Below the pieces are notes generated by a model, which did not search any database, had not been told where the DNA came from, and saw only the letters and a program-made list of their open reading frames with translations. A stretch of DNA of 46,892 nt from contig JANQTQ010000137.1 of NCBI GenBank assembly GCA_030731625.1, positions 1 through 46,892 on the forward strand, written 5' to 3'. This DNA is from Polaribacter sp. (lineage in GTDB: Bacteria; Bacteroidota; Bacteroidia; Flavobacteriales; Flavobacteriaceae). Both the position numbers and the translations under genes were made by a program. Below, piece after piece: positions 1-10,506 of the stretch; positions within the stretch are counted from its first letter, which is position 1; each line of letters begins with the position of its first letter.

Positions 1-330
1 ATTTGCAGTTTTGTGCCGCGTTTGTACGATTATCATCCAAACTCAATTCCTGCTCCATACAATCATAGCAACATAGATTCAGATGAAGTTTTGTATTATG
101 TAGATGGCGATTTTATGAGCAGAAACGATATCGAGCAAGGTCATATTTCTTTGCATCCCGCAGGAATTCCTCACGGTCCACATCCAGGAGCAACAGAACG
201 CAGTATTGGTAAAACAAAAACAGAAGAATTAGCAGTTATGGTTGATACTTTTAAACCTTTGATGGTTACAGAAGAAGCTATGAAAATTGCCGATGAAGAG
301 TATTATAAGTCTTGGTTAAGCCAATCTTAA
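1..330 (+). CDS. hmgA: Homogentisate 1,2-dioxygenase, 3' part (runs off the window start)
   Basis: Frame open from base 1 (ICSFVPRLYDYHP...PYNHSNIDSDEVLYY...SLHPAGIPHGP...ELAVMVDT); HmgA iron-ligand motifs; lies upstream of hppD. Confidence 0.92.
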   Translation: MCSFVPRLYDYHPNSIPAPYNHSNIDSDEVLYYVDGDFMSRNDIEQGHISLHPAGIPHGPHPGATERSIGKTKTEELAVMVDTFKPLMVTEEAMKIADEEYYKSWLSQS

Positions 331-347
331 TCTTCCCAAAGGGAAGA
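331..347. repeat. Short REP-like hairpin TCTTCCC-AAA-GGGAAGA abutting the hmgA stop
   Basis: Perfect 7-bp inverted repeat; resembles the CCC-AAA-GGG hairpins common in flavobacterial spacers (from recall). Confidence 0.45.
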
Positions 348-395
348 AACACTCTTGTGTGAAGTTTGTGGTAAAATGATCGTTAAAACAATAAT

Positions 396-473
396 TATTA
401 GAAGCTATTTCCAGCTTTCCACTATATCTTTTTTATGAAAAATAAAAAAGGATGTCGTTTCAATCTGGGCTAA
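396..473 (-). ncRNA. Structured dispersed element, Flavo-1 RNA motif-like (copy 1)
   Basis: Near-identical to 12740-12817. Outer CCAG/CTGG pairing and inner CTTTTTTAT-GAAAA-ATAAAAAAG stem. Family and strand assigned from recall of the Flavo-1 consensus, not a search. Confidence 0.6.
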
Positions 474-530
474 AACTTGTTTGCAAACGAACAGCTTTCA
501 ATAAAGAAATAGCTAATTTATAAACAACAA

Positions 531-563
531 AGACCTCACAGGTTTTTAAAACCTGTGAGGTCT
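531..563. repeat. Perfect REP-like palindrome AGACCTCACAGGTTTT-T-AAAACCTGTGAGGTCT
   Basis: 16-bp perfect arms with a 1-nt centre, ending 23 nt before the hppD ATG. Confidence 0.75.
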
Positions 564-586
564 ATAAAACATAAAATCATCAAAAG

Positions 587-1747
587 ATGGCAAAAGAAAT
601 GAAATCAGTAAACTACGGTTTAGAAAAAATATTTGAAGGAGCGCAAGATTTCCTTCCATTGTTAGGAACAGATTATGTAGAATTTTATGTTGGTAACGCA
701 AAACAAGCAGCACACTTTTACAAAACAGCATTTGGTTTTCAGTCACATGCATATAAAGGACTAGAAACTGGCTCTAAAGATTCTGTGAGTTATGTGTTAA
801 CGCAAGATAAAATTAAATTGGTTTTAACAACTCCGTTACATAGTAAATCACCTATAAACGATCATATTGTAAAACATGGCGATGGTGTAAAAGTAATTGC
901 GCTTTGGGTAGAAGATGCAAGACAAGCCTATGAGGAAACTACAAAACGTGGCGCAAAATCGTACATGGAACCAAGGGTTGAAACAGATGAACATGGAGAA
1001 GTTGTAAGAGCAGGAATCTATACGTATGGAGAAACTGTGCACATGTTTGTGGAACGAAAAAACTATAACGGGCCATTTTTACCAGGTTTTCAAAAATGGG
1101 AATCAGATTACAATCCACCAATTGCAGGATTAAAATATATAGATCACATGGTTGGTAATGTGGGTTGGAATCAAATGAATACTTGGGTAAAATTTTATGA
1201 AGATGTTATGGGGTTTGTTAACTTTTTATCTTTCGATGACAAACAAATTCATACTGAGTATTCAGCTTTAATGAGTAAAGTAATGTCTAATGGAAACGGA
1301 AGAATAAAATTCCCGATAAACGAACCAGCAGAAGGGAAAAAACGTTCGCAAATAGAAGAATATTTAGATTTTTATGAAGGTGCTGGTGTACAGCATATTG
1401 CAGTTGCAACAGATGATATTATTAAAACTGTTGGTCAATTAAAAGCAAACGGAGTAGAGTTTTTATCAACGCCGCCAGAAGAGTATTATAAATCCGTTCC
1501 TGCAAGACTTCAAGAATTTAGCCATGAGTTGGGTGAAGATATAGAAAAATTAAAAGGATTAGGAATCATGATAGATGCAGATGAAGAAGGGTATTTGTTG
1601 CAAATTTTCACAAAACCAATAGAAGACAGACCCACTTTATTTTTTGAAATCATTCAAAGAATGGGCGCAAGAGGTTTTGGAGCAGGAAACTTTAAAGCGT
1701 TATTTGAATCTATAGAAAGAGAACAAGCAAAAAGAGGAACTTTGTAA
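587..1747 (+). CDS. hppD: 4-hydroxyphenylpyruvate dioxygenase
   Basis: IDHMVGNV, GVQHIA, LLQIFT, FFEIIQR and GFGAGNFKALFESIEREQ motifs. Confidence 0.97.
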   Translation: MAKEMKSVNYGLEKIFEGAQDFLPLLGTDYVEFYVGNAKQAAHFYKTAFGFQSHAYKGLETGSKDSVSYVLTQDKIKLVLTTPLHSKSPINDHIVKHGDGVKVIALWVEDARQAYEETTKRGAKSYMEPRVETDEHGEVVRAGIYTYGETVHMFVERKNYNGPFLPGFQKWESDYNPPIAGLKYIDHMVGNVGWNQMNTWVKFYEDVMGFVNFLSFDDKQIHTEYSALMSKVMSNGNGRIKFPINEPAEGKKRSQIEEYLDFYEGAGVQHIAVATDDIIKTVGQLKANGVEFLSTPPEEYYKSVPARLQEFSHELGEDIEKLKGLGIMIDADEEGYLLQIFTKPIEDRPTLFFEIIQRMGARGFGAGNFKALFESIEREQAKRGTL

Positions 1748-1751
1748 AAAG

Positions 1752-1917
1752 AGAATCAAGATAAAAAAGAACCAAGAATCAAGATGAAAGCTCTTAATTC
1801 TTGGTTTTTTATTTTAAAAGACTTTAATGAAAGATTAAATAATTTTTAAATTAAGTAGTAAATTGCCATTAAAAATCAAAAACATCTTGTTTCTTGGTTC
1901 TAAAAAATCCTGATTCT
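1752..1917. repeat. 35-bp imperfect inverted repeat built from AAGAACC/AAGAATC heptamers, bracketing the hppD-kynA spacer
   Basis: Left arm 1752-1786 AGAATCAAGATAAAAAAGAACCAAGAATCAAGATG; right arm 1883-1917 CATCTTGTTTCTTGGTTCTAAAAAATCCTGATTCT; a third complementary tract at ~1792-1810. Confidence 0.7.
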
Positions 1918-1924
1918 AAAAGTA

Positions 1925-2842
1925 ATGGAAAGAGAAGAAATACTAAAAGCAATAGAAGATAAATACGAAAAACTAGGTGTTCCTGTAGATGCTATGTTAG
2001 AAGGTTTGTTGTGGAGTACGCCAATTACGTATTGGGATTATATTCAAACAGATGCCCTTTTAGGTTTGCAAACACCAAGAACAACTCAGCCAGATGAAAT
2101 GGTTTTTATCATGTATCATCAAGTAAATGAGTTGTTGTTTAAAATGATTTTATGGGAAATTGACCAAGTGGCAAAATCTATAGAAATTACTGCCGATAAA
2201 TTTTCGATGCATTTAGGTAGAATTAGCAGATATTTTGATATGTTGTGTAGTTCTTTTACTGTAATGGCAGACGGAATGGAAAAAGAACAATATCTGAAAT
2301 TTAGAAATACATTAACGCCTGCAAGTGGATTTCAAAGTGCACAATACAGAAAAATTGAATTTGCTTCCACAGAATTGATTAATTTAATAGATGTGCGTTA
2401 CAGAGATTCTATAGATAGAAATTCATCATTTAAAAACGCTTATAATCATTTGTATTGGCAAGCTGCAGGTAAAAATTATACAACAGGCCAAAAATCAACA
2501 TTATTAAATCTTTTCGAAAATAAATATATGGGAGATTTTATCGATTTTATGGAAGATTATAACGACATTAATTTATCCTTAAAATTTAAACAACTTCCAA
2601 AAGAAGTTCAAGAAGATAAAGATTTAATAAAAGCAATGCGCCATTATGATTATACTGTAAATGTTACTTGGGTAATGGCACATTATAATGCCGCAGCAAA
2701 ATATATTGGAGGGAATGATTCTGAATTAAAAGCTACAGGAGGCAGTAATTGGCGTAAATATATGCATCCAAAATATCAACGAAGAATTTTTTATCCGTAT
2801 TTATGGAGTAAAGAAGAACTTGAAAACTGGGGAACCTTTTAA
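1925..2842 (+). CDS. kynA: Tryptophan 2,3-dioxygenase family protein
   Basis: YWDYIQTDALL, DEMVFIMYHQVNEL, FRNTLTPASGFQSAQYR and TGGS motifs of TDO. Confidence 0.9.
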   Translation: MEREEILKAIEDKYEKLGVPVDAMLEGLLWSTPITYWDYIQTDALLGLQTPRTTQPDEMVFIMYHQVNELLFKMILWEIDQVAKSIEITADKFSMHLGRISRYFDMLCSSFTVMADGMEKEQYLKFRNTLTPASGFQSAQYRKIEFASTELINLIDVRYRDSIDRNSSFKNAYNHLYWQAAGKNYTTGQKSTLLNLFENKYMGDFIDFMEDYNDINLSLKFKQLPKEVQEDKDLIKAMRHYDYTVNVTWVMAHYNAAAKYIGGNDSELKATGGSNWRKYMHPKYQRRIFYPYLWSKEELENWGTF

Positions 2843-2892
2843 AAACGTATAAAATCATTTTCAAATAGTTGGTAAATGATTTTTTTTAATTT

Positions 2893-2907
2893 TGGAACGG
2901 TTATTGT
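2893..2907 (+). promoter_or_regulatory. Possible sigma54 -24/-12 element TGGAACGGTTATTGT; sigmaA-type -7 box TAAGTTTG also at 2921-2928
   Basis: GG-N10-GT spacing; near-identical to the motif at 19057-19071. Confidence 0.4.
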
Positions 2908-2935
2908 CAATCCTTTTTTATAAGTTTGATTTTCT

Positions 2936-3706
2936 ATGAAAAAATATATACTATTACTTTTTACCGTATTCTTTTTGACAACCACTTACAGTCAAGAAAA
3001 AATTGTTGCTTTTAAAAGTGGCGAATGGCTTCGTTATAAAATGAGTTATAGCGGATTTTTGAGAGCAGGAACGGCTGTGTTAGAATTAAATGAAAAAGAT
3101 TTAAATGGTAAAAAAGTTTTTTATTCAAAAGGCACTGGTTGGACTTCTGGTATGATAAAGTGGTTTTTTGAAGTAGATGATTTATACGAGTCGTATTTTG
3201 ATAAAGATAATGTAAAACCCTATCTTTTTAAAAGAAAAATAGATGAAGGTGGTTATAAAAAAAATAGGATAACATCATTTAATTATGATTCTAAAAAGGC
3301 GTATATTCAAGATTTTTCTGAGCAAAAAGATACATCCGTAGCTTTTTCAAATGTGCAAGATATGATGTCTTCTTTCTACTTTTTAAGAAATATAGATACA
3401 AAATATTTAGTAAAAGGGGATGAAATTAAGTTAGATATTTTTATGGATTCTCAAGTATATCCATTTAAACTTCGTTTTTTAGGAAAAGAAGTTTTAAAAA
3501 CGAATTTTGGGAAAGTAAATACCTTAATATTTAGACCTATAGTTCAATCTGGAAGAGTTTTTAAAGAGCAAGAAAGTGTAACTCTTTGGATTACAGATGA
3601 TGCAAATAAAATTCCAATAAAAATGGGAGCTTCCTTAAGGGTGGGGTCTTTAATTGCTGAATTAGAAGGTTATAGAGGTTTAGCAAATCCTTTTCAAAGT
3701 TTTTAG
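2936..3706 (+). CDS. DUF3108-type exported protein
   Basis: Signal peptide; AFKSGEWLRY, FFEVDDLYESY and LWITDDANKIP motifs. Confidence 0.75.
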   Translation: MKKYILLLFTVFFLTTTYSQEKIVAFKSGEWLRYKMSYSGFLRAGTAVLELNEKDLNGKKVFYSKGTGWTSGMIKWFFEVDDLYESYFDKDNVKPYLFKRKIDEGGYKKNRITSFNYDSKKAYIQDFSEQKDTSVAFSNVQDMMSSFYFLRNIDTKYLVKGDEIKLDIFMDSQVYPFKLRFLGKEVLKTNFGKVNTLIFRPIVQSGRVFKEQESVTLWITDDANKIPIKMGASLRVGSLIAELEGYRGLANPFQSF

Positions 3707-3806
3707 AAAAATTTAATAAGCAAACTGCACTAACTTCTAAGTATTACACTCTAGATTTATTAATTTTATTTGTACTTTTGAAAATTATCCAAAAAGTGTA
3801 AGATTT

Positions 3807-5072
3807 TTGAAAAAAGTAGCCATTTTATTAGTACTCGTATTGGTTTTCTCTTCATGTAAAAATGAAGAAAAAAAACCAAAAATTAAAATTAAAAAACCAG
3901 TTAAATCAGAAATCAGATTTGGTTATAAGTTAGATGATTATAAGGTAATACAAGATACTATTAGAAACGGTGAAAGTTTTGGGGCAATACTAGACAGGCA
4001 TCATGTGTATTATCCAAAAATAAATCAAATTGCAACTTCTATAATTGATATTTTTGATGTAAGAAAAATTGGTGCAGGTAAACCTTACACTATTTTAGCT
4101 AGTAAAGACTCACTAGAAAGTGCTCATGTTTTTATTTATAAGCATGATATGATTAACGCTACTGTAATAGATTTTAAAGATTCTATTAGTGCTATTAATT
4201 ATAAAAAACCCATTAAAGTTGTAGAAAAAGAAGCAAAAGGCGTTATAAATTCAAGTCTTTCAGAAACTATGGACAGCCTTGGTTTAAGGCCAAACTTAAC
4301 TTGGGAAGTAGCAGATATCTACGCTTGGACTTTAGATTTTTATGCACTTCAAAAAGGAGATTCTTTTAAATTTATTTATGAAGAAAAATTTATAGATGAT
4401 ACAATTTCTGCGGGTTATGGTAAAATAAAATCTGCAGTTTTTAAACATAAAGGCAAGCACTTGTTTGCGTTTAGGTATGTTAAAGATTCTGTAAGTGGTA
4501 TTGCAGAATATTATGACCAAAATGGTAGTATGTTGCGTAGTCAGTTTTTAAAAGCACCCATTAAATTTCAATATAGAATTTCATCAAGATATAATTTAAC
4601 TAGAAGAATTGCGTATTATGGTAATAAGGTAAGGCCTCATAAAGGGACAGATTTTGCTGCTAATATTGGTACGCCTATTATAGCAACGGCTAGTGGTACT
4701 GTTATAGAGTCTGAAAGAAGGGGCGGTAATGGTAATTATGTAAAAATTAAGCATAACAGTACATATTCTACACAATACTTGCACATGAGGCAAAGAAAAG
4801 TGAGTAAAGGAGCTTATGTTAGGCAAGGAGATGTAATCGGTTGGGTAGGAATGACGGGAAATACAAGTGGACCTCACGTGTGTTATCGTTTTTGGAAATT
4901 TGGGAAACAAGTAGATCCACTAAAAGAAAAATTACCTACCGCAGAAAATTTGCCAGCCAGTATAATTCCAGCATATAAAAAATTTATACAGCCTTTAAAA
5001 GATCAGTTAGAAAATAAAAAGGCTCCTATAATGAAACCTCAAGTAGTTAAAGAAACGATTGTAAAAAAATAA
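3807..5072 (+). CDS. M23 family peptidoglycan DD-endopeptidase lipoprotein (MepM-like)
   Basis: TTG start, lipobox VFSSC, HKGTDF and STQYLH motifs, GPHVCY; -7 box TACTTTTG at 3773-3780. Confidence 0.9.
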   Translation: MKKVAILLVLVLVFSSCKNEEKKPKIKIKKPVKSEIRFGYKLDDYKVIQDTIRNGESFGAILDRHHVYYPKINQIATSIIDIFDVRKIGAGKPYTILASKDSLESAHVFIYKHDMINATVIDFKDSISAINYKKPIKVVEKEAKGVINSSLSETMDSLGLRPNLTWEVADIYAWTLDFYALQKGDSFKFIYEEKFIDDTISAGYGKIKSAVFKHKGKHLFAFRYVKDSVSGIAEYYDQNGSMLRSQFLKAPIKFQYRISSRYNLTRRIAYYGNKVRPHKGTDFAANIGTPIIATASGTVIESERRGGNGNYVKIKHNSTYSTQYLHMRQRKVSKGAYVRQGDVIGWVGMTGNTSGPHVCYRFWKFGKQVDPLKEKLPTAENLPASIIPAYKKFIQPLKDQLENKKAPIMKPQVVKETIVKK

Positions 5073-5075
5073 AAA

Positions 5076-6644
5076 ATGGCTTTAAAAAATATCAACCCCA
5101 CCACAACAAATTCTTGGAAAGAATTAACAAATCATTTTAATTATGTTAAGGATATTAATATTAAGGATTTAAGCAAAGAACTAAATAGAAAAGAAGATTT
5201 TTCTATTGAATTTGAGGACTTACTTGTAGATTTTTCTAAAAATAGAATCACAAAAAAAACAATTGCTATTTTAGTAGAATTAGCAAAAGAAGTTGGTTTA
5301 AAAGAAGCTATTGAAAGTCAGTTTAATGGCGAAGTAATAAATGTTACAGAAGGTAGAGCCGTAATGCATACCGCTTTAAGAAGTACTTCCGATACACCTG
5401 TACTGGTTGAAGGTAAAAATATAAAACCACAAATACAATCGGCATTAAGAAAAATAAAAAGCTTTAGTAATAAAGTTATTTCTGGAAAATGGAAAGGGTA
5501 TACAGGTAAATCAATTACAGATATTGTAAATATTGGTATTGGTGGTTCTGATCTTGGACCAGATATGATTGTAGAATCTTTACAGTTTTATAAAAATCAA
5601 TTAACAACACATTTTGTTTCTAATGTAGATGGAGATCATGTTTCTGAAATAATTAAAAAATTAAATCCAGAAACTACGTTGTTTGTCATTGTTTCTAAAA
5701 CCTTTACAACTCAAGAAACCATTACAAACGCAGAAACTTTAAAAAATTGGTTTTTAAAATCGGCAACTATTTTTGATATTCCAAAACACTTTGTAGCAGT
5801 TTCAACTAATTTAGAAGCGGTTGACAATTTTGGAATTGACAAAAATAACGTTTTCCCAATGTGGGATTGGGTTGGAGGTCGTTTCTCTTTATGGTCTGCA
5901 GTAGGTTTGTCAATCAGTTTGTCTGTTGGTTTCGATCATTACAAAGCTCTTTTAGAAGGTGCAGAAGAAATGGATCTTCATTTTAGGAATGAAGATTTTG
6001 ATAAAAACATTCCAGTTATTTTAGCATTAATTAGTGTTTGGTATAATAACTTTTATAAAGCAGAAACAGAAGCAGTTTTACCGTATTCTCAATATTTAAA
6101 GAAACTTCCAGATTATTTGCAACAAGCTGTCATGGAAAGTAACGGTAAAGGTGTTGATAGAAATGGAAACAAAGTAGATTATCAAACGGGTACAATTGTT
6201 TGGGGAAGCACAGGTACAAATATGCAGCATGCCTTTATGCAATTGGTACACCAAGGCACAAAATTGATTCCTGCAGATTTTATTGGTTACAAAGAATCTT
6301 TATATGGATTAACAGATCATCATAAAAAGTTAATGTCAAATTTTTATGGACAAATAGAGGCTTTAGCTTTTGGTAAAACGAAAGAAGAGGTACATTTAGA
6401 ATTAAAATTTTCTGGTGATGAAGATAAAATAAATCAACTATTGCCTTTTAAAGTTTTTGAAGGAAATAGACCAAGTAATACAATTTTATTCAATAAATTA
6501 ACGCCTAGATCTCTAGGGAAATTAGTCGCATTATACGAGCATAAAATTTACACTCAAGGTATTTTATGGAACATTTTTAGTTACGATCAATTTGGGGTAG
6601 AATTAGGAAAAGAACTTGCAAAAAAACTTTTAAAAGCACAGTAA
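5076..6644 (+). CDS. pgi: Glucose-6-phosphate isomerase
   Basis: [37 protein letters not shown] and DQFGVELGK motifs. Confidence 0.98.
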   Translation: MALKNINPTTTNSWKELTNHFNYVKDINIKDLSKELNRKEDFSIEFEDLLVDFSKNRITKKTIAILVELAKEVGLKEAIESQFNGEVINVTEGRAVMHTALRSTSDTPVLVEGKNIKPQIQSALRKIKSFSNKVISGKWKGYTGKSITDIVNIGIGGSDLGPDMIVESLQFYKNQLTTHFVSNVDGDHVSEIIKKLNPETTLFVIVSKTFTTQETITNAETLKNWFLKSATIFDIPKHFVAVSTNLEAVDNFGIDKNNVFPMWDWVGGRFSLWSAVGLSISLSVGFDHYKALLEGAEEMDLHFRNEDFDKNIPVILALISVWYNNFYKAETEAVLPYSQYLKKLPDYLQQAVMESNGKGVDRNGNKVDYQTGTIVWGSTGTNMQHAFMQLVHQGTKLIPADFIGYKESLYGLTDHHKKLMSNFYGQIEALAFGKTKEEVHLELKFSGDEDKINQLLPFKVFEGNRPSNTILFNKLTPRSLGKLVALYEHKIYTQGILWNIFSYDQFGVELGKELAKKLLKAQ

Positions 6645-6701
6645 ACTTAATTAGAGCAGGCTTAAAAACATAATTTAATGTTAAGCTAATTTTTTGTTAA
6701 T

Positions 6702-6751
6702 AAAAAAAAGACACTTAATTTGTTGGTTTTCAATAATTAGGTGTTTTTTTT
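6702..6751 (+). terminator. Putative intrinsic terminator after pgi
   Basis: A-tract, ACACTTAATT...AATTAGGTGT stem, then T run. Confidence 0.5.
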
Positions 6752-6781
6752 GTATATTTCGGTCTCTTAATATTTTGTTAA

Positions 6782-6829
6782 AGCTTAACATTAGCTTAAC
6801 ATTAGAGTGATGTAAAAAAGAGAATTTTG
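6782..6829 (+). promoter_or_regulatory. Pho-box-like 11-bp direct repeat (AGCTTAACATT)x2 with non-canonical -7 box GAATTTTG
   Basis: Perfect tandem repeat 6782-6803; proximal TAACAT at 6797 is 25 nt before the -7 box (6822), the same geometry as at pit and the second TBDR. Confidence 0.7.
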
Positions 6830-6858
6830 CGACAAATTCAATAACTTAAAATTAAACA

Positions 6859-9399
6859 ATGAAAAATTTTAAAAACTTATTATTTTTAGCCTTATTTTTT
6901 ATAACAGCTACTGTTTTAGGACAAACTAAAATTTCGGGTACAATCGTTGATGAATCAAATCAACCTTTACCTGGAGCAAGTATTTTAGAAAAAGGTACTA
7001 AAAACGGAACAACTACCGATTTTGATGGTAATTTTACATTATCGCCAAAATCAAATTCAGGTGTTCTTATTGTTTCTTTTATCGGTTTTACTAGAAAAGA
7101 GGTTCCTTTCTCTTCTTCTAAAACAAAAATGGGTGCCATCGTATTGGTAGAAGATGCTGGTGCTTTAGATGAAATAGTTGTTACAGCTGCTTCTTTTGCA
7201 ATTGATAGAAAAACGCCGGTAGCGGTTTCTACAATTAAAGCTTCAGACATTGAAAGAAAATTAGGAACTCAAGAGTTTCCAGAAATTTTAAAATCAACTC
7301 CTGGTGTTTATGCAACTAAATCTGGTGGTGGTTTTGGAGACGGACGTATTAACCTGCGTGGTTTTAGCTCAACAAACGTAGCGGTGATGATTAACGGAGT
7401 GCCTGTTAATGATATGGAAAACGGAGCGGTGTACTGGTCTAACTGGGCTGGTTTGTCAGATGTTACTTCTGCAATGCAAGTGCAAAGAGGTTTAGGAGCT
7501 TCTAAAGTTGCAGTACCTTCTATTGGTGGTACTATTAATATTTTATCTAAAACTTCTGATGTAGAAGAAGGTGGAAATATTATTGCCTCAACAGGTAATA
7601 ATGGATTCCAAAAATATGGGTTTACTTTATCCACAGGTTTGATGGATAATGGCTTTGCATCTACGGTTTCTTTTTCTAAAACTTCTGGAGAAGGTTATGT
7701 AGATGGTACTCAGTTTGAGGGTTATAACTATTTTGTTAATTTTTCTAAAGATTTAAACGATAGTCATAAATTATCTTTTACAACTTTCGGTTCTCCACAG
7801 AGACATGGTCAAAGACAAAACAGAAGTACAGTTTCTACAATTAGAAATGCACAATCAGGTATAAGATTTAATCCAGATTGGGGTTATAAAGACGGTCAGG
7901 TTACACATATAGAAGATAACTTCTATCATAAATCTCAAACATCTTTAAATCACTATTGGACAATTAATGATGTTACTTCATTATCAACAGCTTTGTACGC
8001 TTCTTATGGTACTGGTGGTGGTGGTGGTAATGCTGGTACTAACAGAGGTTTATTTAGCGTAAGATTAGGTGGTGATGATCAACCAGTAGATTTAGATAAT
8101 ATTGTTGATATAAACAGAGCAAACGGTGCTTTAGGTTCTGAAGCAATTTTAAGAGCTTCAAGAAATGATCACGAGTGGTATGGTGTTTTATCTACGTTTA
8201 AAACTAAACTTGCAGATGGTTTGGATTTAATTGCTGGTCTTGATTGGAGAACATATACTGGAGAACATTTTACAGAAGTTACAGATTTATTAGGTGGTCA
8301 ATATTATTATGATAACTCTAATGTTAATAACCCTAATGCAGCTTTACAAGTAGGAGATAAATATGGTTACCATAATGATGGTAAAGTAGGTTGGTTAGGT
8401 TTCTTTGGTCAATTAGAATATGGAACAGAAAATTTTGATGCATTTTTGTCTACATCTTTTCAAAGATCTACATATCAAAGAATTGATTATTTCCAATATG
8501 ATTTAAGTACAGAAGCTGGTAGAGATATAGCTACTACAGATAAAATAGGCTTAAATGGGTATAGTATTAAGGGAGGAGCAAATTATAGAATTGATGATGT
8601 TCAAAACGTATTTACAAATATTGGATATTTTGAAAGACCAGCAAATTTTGATGCAGTTTTCCAAAACTTTAACAATACAAGCGTAAACCCAGATGCTGAA
8701 AATGAAAAGATTTTTAGTATCGAATTAGGTTACGGTATTAGAAGTGAAAAATTTGCAGCAAACGTAAATTTATACAGAACTCAATGGAATGATAGAACTT
8801 TTACAAGAAGAGTTTCAAACCAACAAGGAACAGAAGATTTTATTGCAAACTTATTGGGTGTAAATGCTTTACATCAAGGGGTTGAGTTCGATTTCACGTA
8901 TAAAACTACAGATAAATTAAGTTTTACTGGAATGTTATCTTTAGGAGACTGGAAATGGGATAATGATTTAGTTGATGTGCCAATCTTTGATGAAAACCAA
9001 AATCAAGTTTCTACAATATCTCTACCTATTAGTGGATTAAGAGTTTCTGATGCTGCGCAAACTACTGCTGCATTAGGTACGATGTACAAATTTTGGGATA
9101 AAACAAGTTTTACTTTAGACTATAACTATTTTGCAGATTTATACGCTCAAATAGATGTTTTAAGTTACGCAAATGCAACAACAAGACCAGGAGATTCTTG
9201 GAAAGCTCCTAATTACAGCACATTTGATGCAAGTTTAAGACATGGTTTTAGTTTAGGAGAATTTGATACTACAGTTACGGTTCGTGTAAACAATTTGTTA
9301 GACACAGAGTACATAGCTGATGCTTTAGACGCTTCTGACCCTTTAGTATGGTTCGGTTTTGGTAGAACTTATAGTTTAGATTTAAAAATTAACTTTTAA
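6859..9399 (+). CDS. TonB-dependent receptor (non-SusC type) with N-terminal carboxypeptidase-regulatory-like domain
   Basis: Signal peptide, GTTTDFDGNF, LDEIVVT TonB-box-like, INLRGF plug, VNNLLD...GRTYSLDLKINF with terminal Phe. Confidence 0.93.
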   Translation: MKNFKNLLFLALFFITATVLGQTKISGTIVDESNQPLPGASILEKGTKNGTTTDFDGNFTLSPKSNSGVLIVSFIGFTRKEVPFSSSKTKMGAIVLVEDAGALDEIVVTAASFAIDRKTPVAVSTIKASDIERKLGTQEFPEILKSTPGVYATKSGGGFGDGRINLRGFSSTNVAVMINGVPVNDMENGAVYWSNWAGLSDVTSAMQVQRGLGASKVAVPSIGGTINILSKTSDVEEGGNIIASTGNNGFQKYGFTLSTGLMDNGFASTVSFSKTSGEGYVDGTQFEGYNYFVNFSKDLNDSHKLSFTTFGSPQRHGQRQNRSTVSTIRNAQSGIRFNPDWGYKDGQVTHIEDNFYHKSQTSLNHYWTINDVTSLSTALYASYGTGGGGGNAGTNRGLFSVRLGGDDQPVDLDNIVDINRANGALGSEAILRASRNDHEWYGVLSTFKTKLADGLDLIAGLDWRTYTGEHFTEVTDLLGGQYYYDNSNVNNPNAALQVGDKYGYHNDGKVGWLGFFGQLEYGTENFDAFLSTSFQRSTYQRIDYFQYDLSTEAGRDIATTDKIGLNGYSIKGGANYRIDDVQNVFTNIGYFERPANFDAVFQNFNNTSVNPDAENEKIFSIELGYGIRSEKFAANVNLYRTQWNDRTFTRRVSNQQGTEDFIANLLGVNALHQGVEFDFTYKTTDKLSFTGMLSLGDWKWDNDLVDVPIFDENQNQVSTISLPISGLRVSDAAQTTAALGTMYKFWDKTSFTLDYNYFADLYAQIDVLSYANATTRPGDSWKAPNYSTFDASLRHGFSLGEFDTTVTVRVNNLLDTEYIADALDASDPLVWFGFGRTYSLDLKINF

Positions 9400-9411
9400 A
9401 AAATATTAAAA

Positions 9412-10473
9412 ATGAAAAAAATATTTTATTCATTCGCACTACTTTCTTTGTTGTTTACATCATGTACACCAATGGAAGATATTTATGCAGAACTAGACGC
9501 TCAAGAAAAAGTAATTTCTGGTGAAGCAATATACACCTTAACAGATGCAGATTATACTGCATTAGATTTAAGTTATGGAAATTTTAGTACTTTAGACGAT
9601 GCTAAATCTGCATTGCCTGGTTTTTTAGCTGATAAATATCCTGCATGGGGAAAAGAATCTTTAGCAGAAGTTACTTTTAAGTTGTATTCTCCTAAATCTA
9701 CAGAATCTAGTTTTGTAGCGTATACTGTTTCGTCTGCAGATTATGCGGCAGGTGGTTTTACATATGGGAATTTTTCTAGTACTTCAGATATTACAAACTT
9801 TTTAGATACTAAATATCCTGATGCTGCTAATAGATTATTAGTTTCTTTAACTTATAAATATTATTCTGGTACTGTGTCTACATTAAACAATGGTTTTTTA
9901 CGTGTAAATGGTGCTTGGGAAATGGCTTCAGGTATTACTGATGCAGAATATACTGCAATGGGAGAAGGTTTTGCTAACTTCTCTTCTACAACAGAGGCAT
10001 TAACTAAAATACCAGTGTTTTTATCAGATAAATTTAAATACGAAGGTAAAGAAGCAGGTGATATAGTGGCTGTTATGTACAAGTATTACAGTGGATCGGT
10101 TATAAGTAAAGTTGCAAATTTTGTGTTTAACGGTACTACTTGGTCAGTATACAACAATGTAATTAATGAAACAATTAAATTTGGTCATGATGGTACAAAC
10201 TGGGTTCCAGATAATACTATTAAATATACATTAACAGCAGCAGATTATACCTTAGTAGGTAATGGGTTTTATAATAACTTTGATGTGAGATCTGGTAAAG
10301 CAGAAGAATTAGAATCTGTAAGGTTAGATAAAATAAATACTATTTTATTAAATAATTTCCCATCGGATGCAGAGGGTCAAAAATATATCGTTTCTTATGC
10401 TATTTATAATGGAGCAAATGGTGTTTGGAGCTTAGCTGTTATTAAAGAAGGTTCTAAATATGTTAAACAATAG
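9412..10473 (+). CDS. Surface lipoprotein with four internal YTLTxADY...YxNF repeats, partner of the TBDR
   Basis: Lipobox LFTSC(18) followed by an acidic stretch; repeats YTLTDADY..YGNFS, YTVSSADY..YGNFS, ITDAEY..FANFS, YTLTAADY..YNNFD; 12 nt after the TBDR stop. Confidence 0.8.
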   Translation: MKKIFYSFALLSLLFTSCTPMEDIYAELDAQEKVISGEAIYTLTDADYTALDLSYGNFSTLDDAKSALPGFLADKYPAWGKESLAEVTFKLYSPKSTESSFVAYTVSSADYAAGGFTYGNFSSTSDITNFLDTKYPDAANRLLVSLTYKYYSGTVSTLNNGFLRVNGAWEMASGITDAEYTAMGEGFANFSSTTEALTKIPVFLSDKFKYEGKEAGDIVAVMYKYYSGSVISKVANFVFNGTTWSVYNNVINETIKFGHDGTNWVPDNTIKYTLTAADYTLVGNGFYNNFDVRSGKAEELESVRLDKINTILLNNFPSDAEGQKYIVSYAIYNGANGVWSLAVIKEGSKYVKQ

Positions 10474-10506
10474 TTTTATTTATTGTTAAATAAAAATATT
10501 TTTCTT

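Noticed and set aside
8008-8039. (GGT)5 tract as a phase-variation repeat
   Set aside because: In-frame triplets encoding a Gly-rich loop (GTGGGGGN); slippage would not shift the frame
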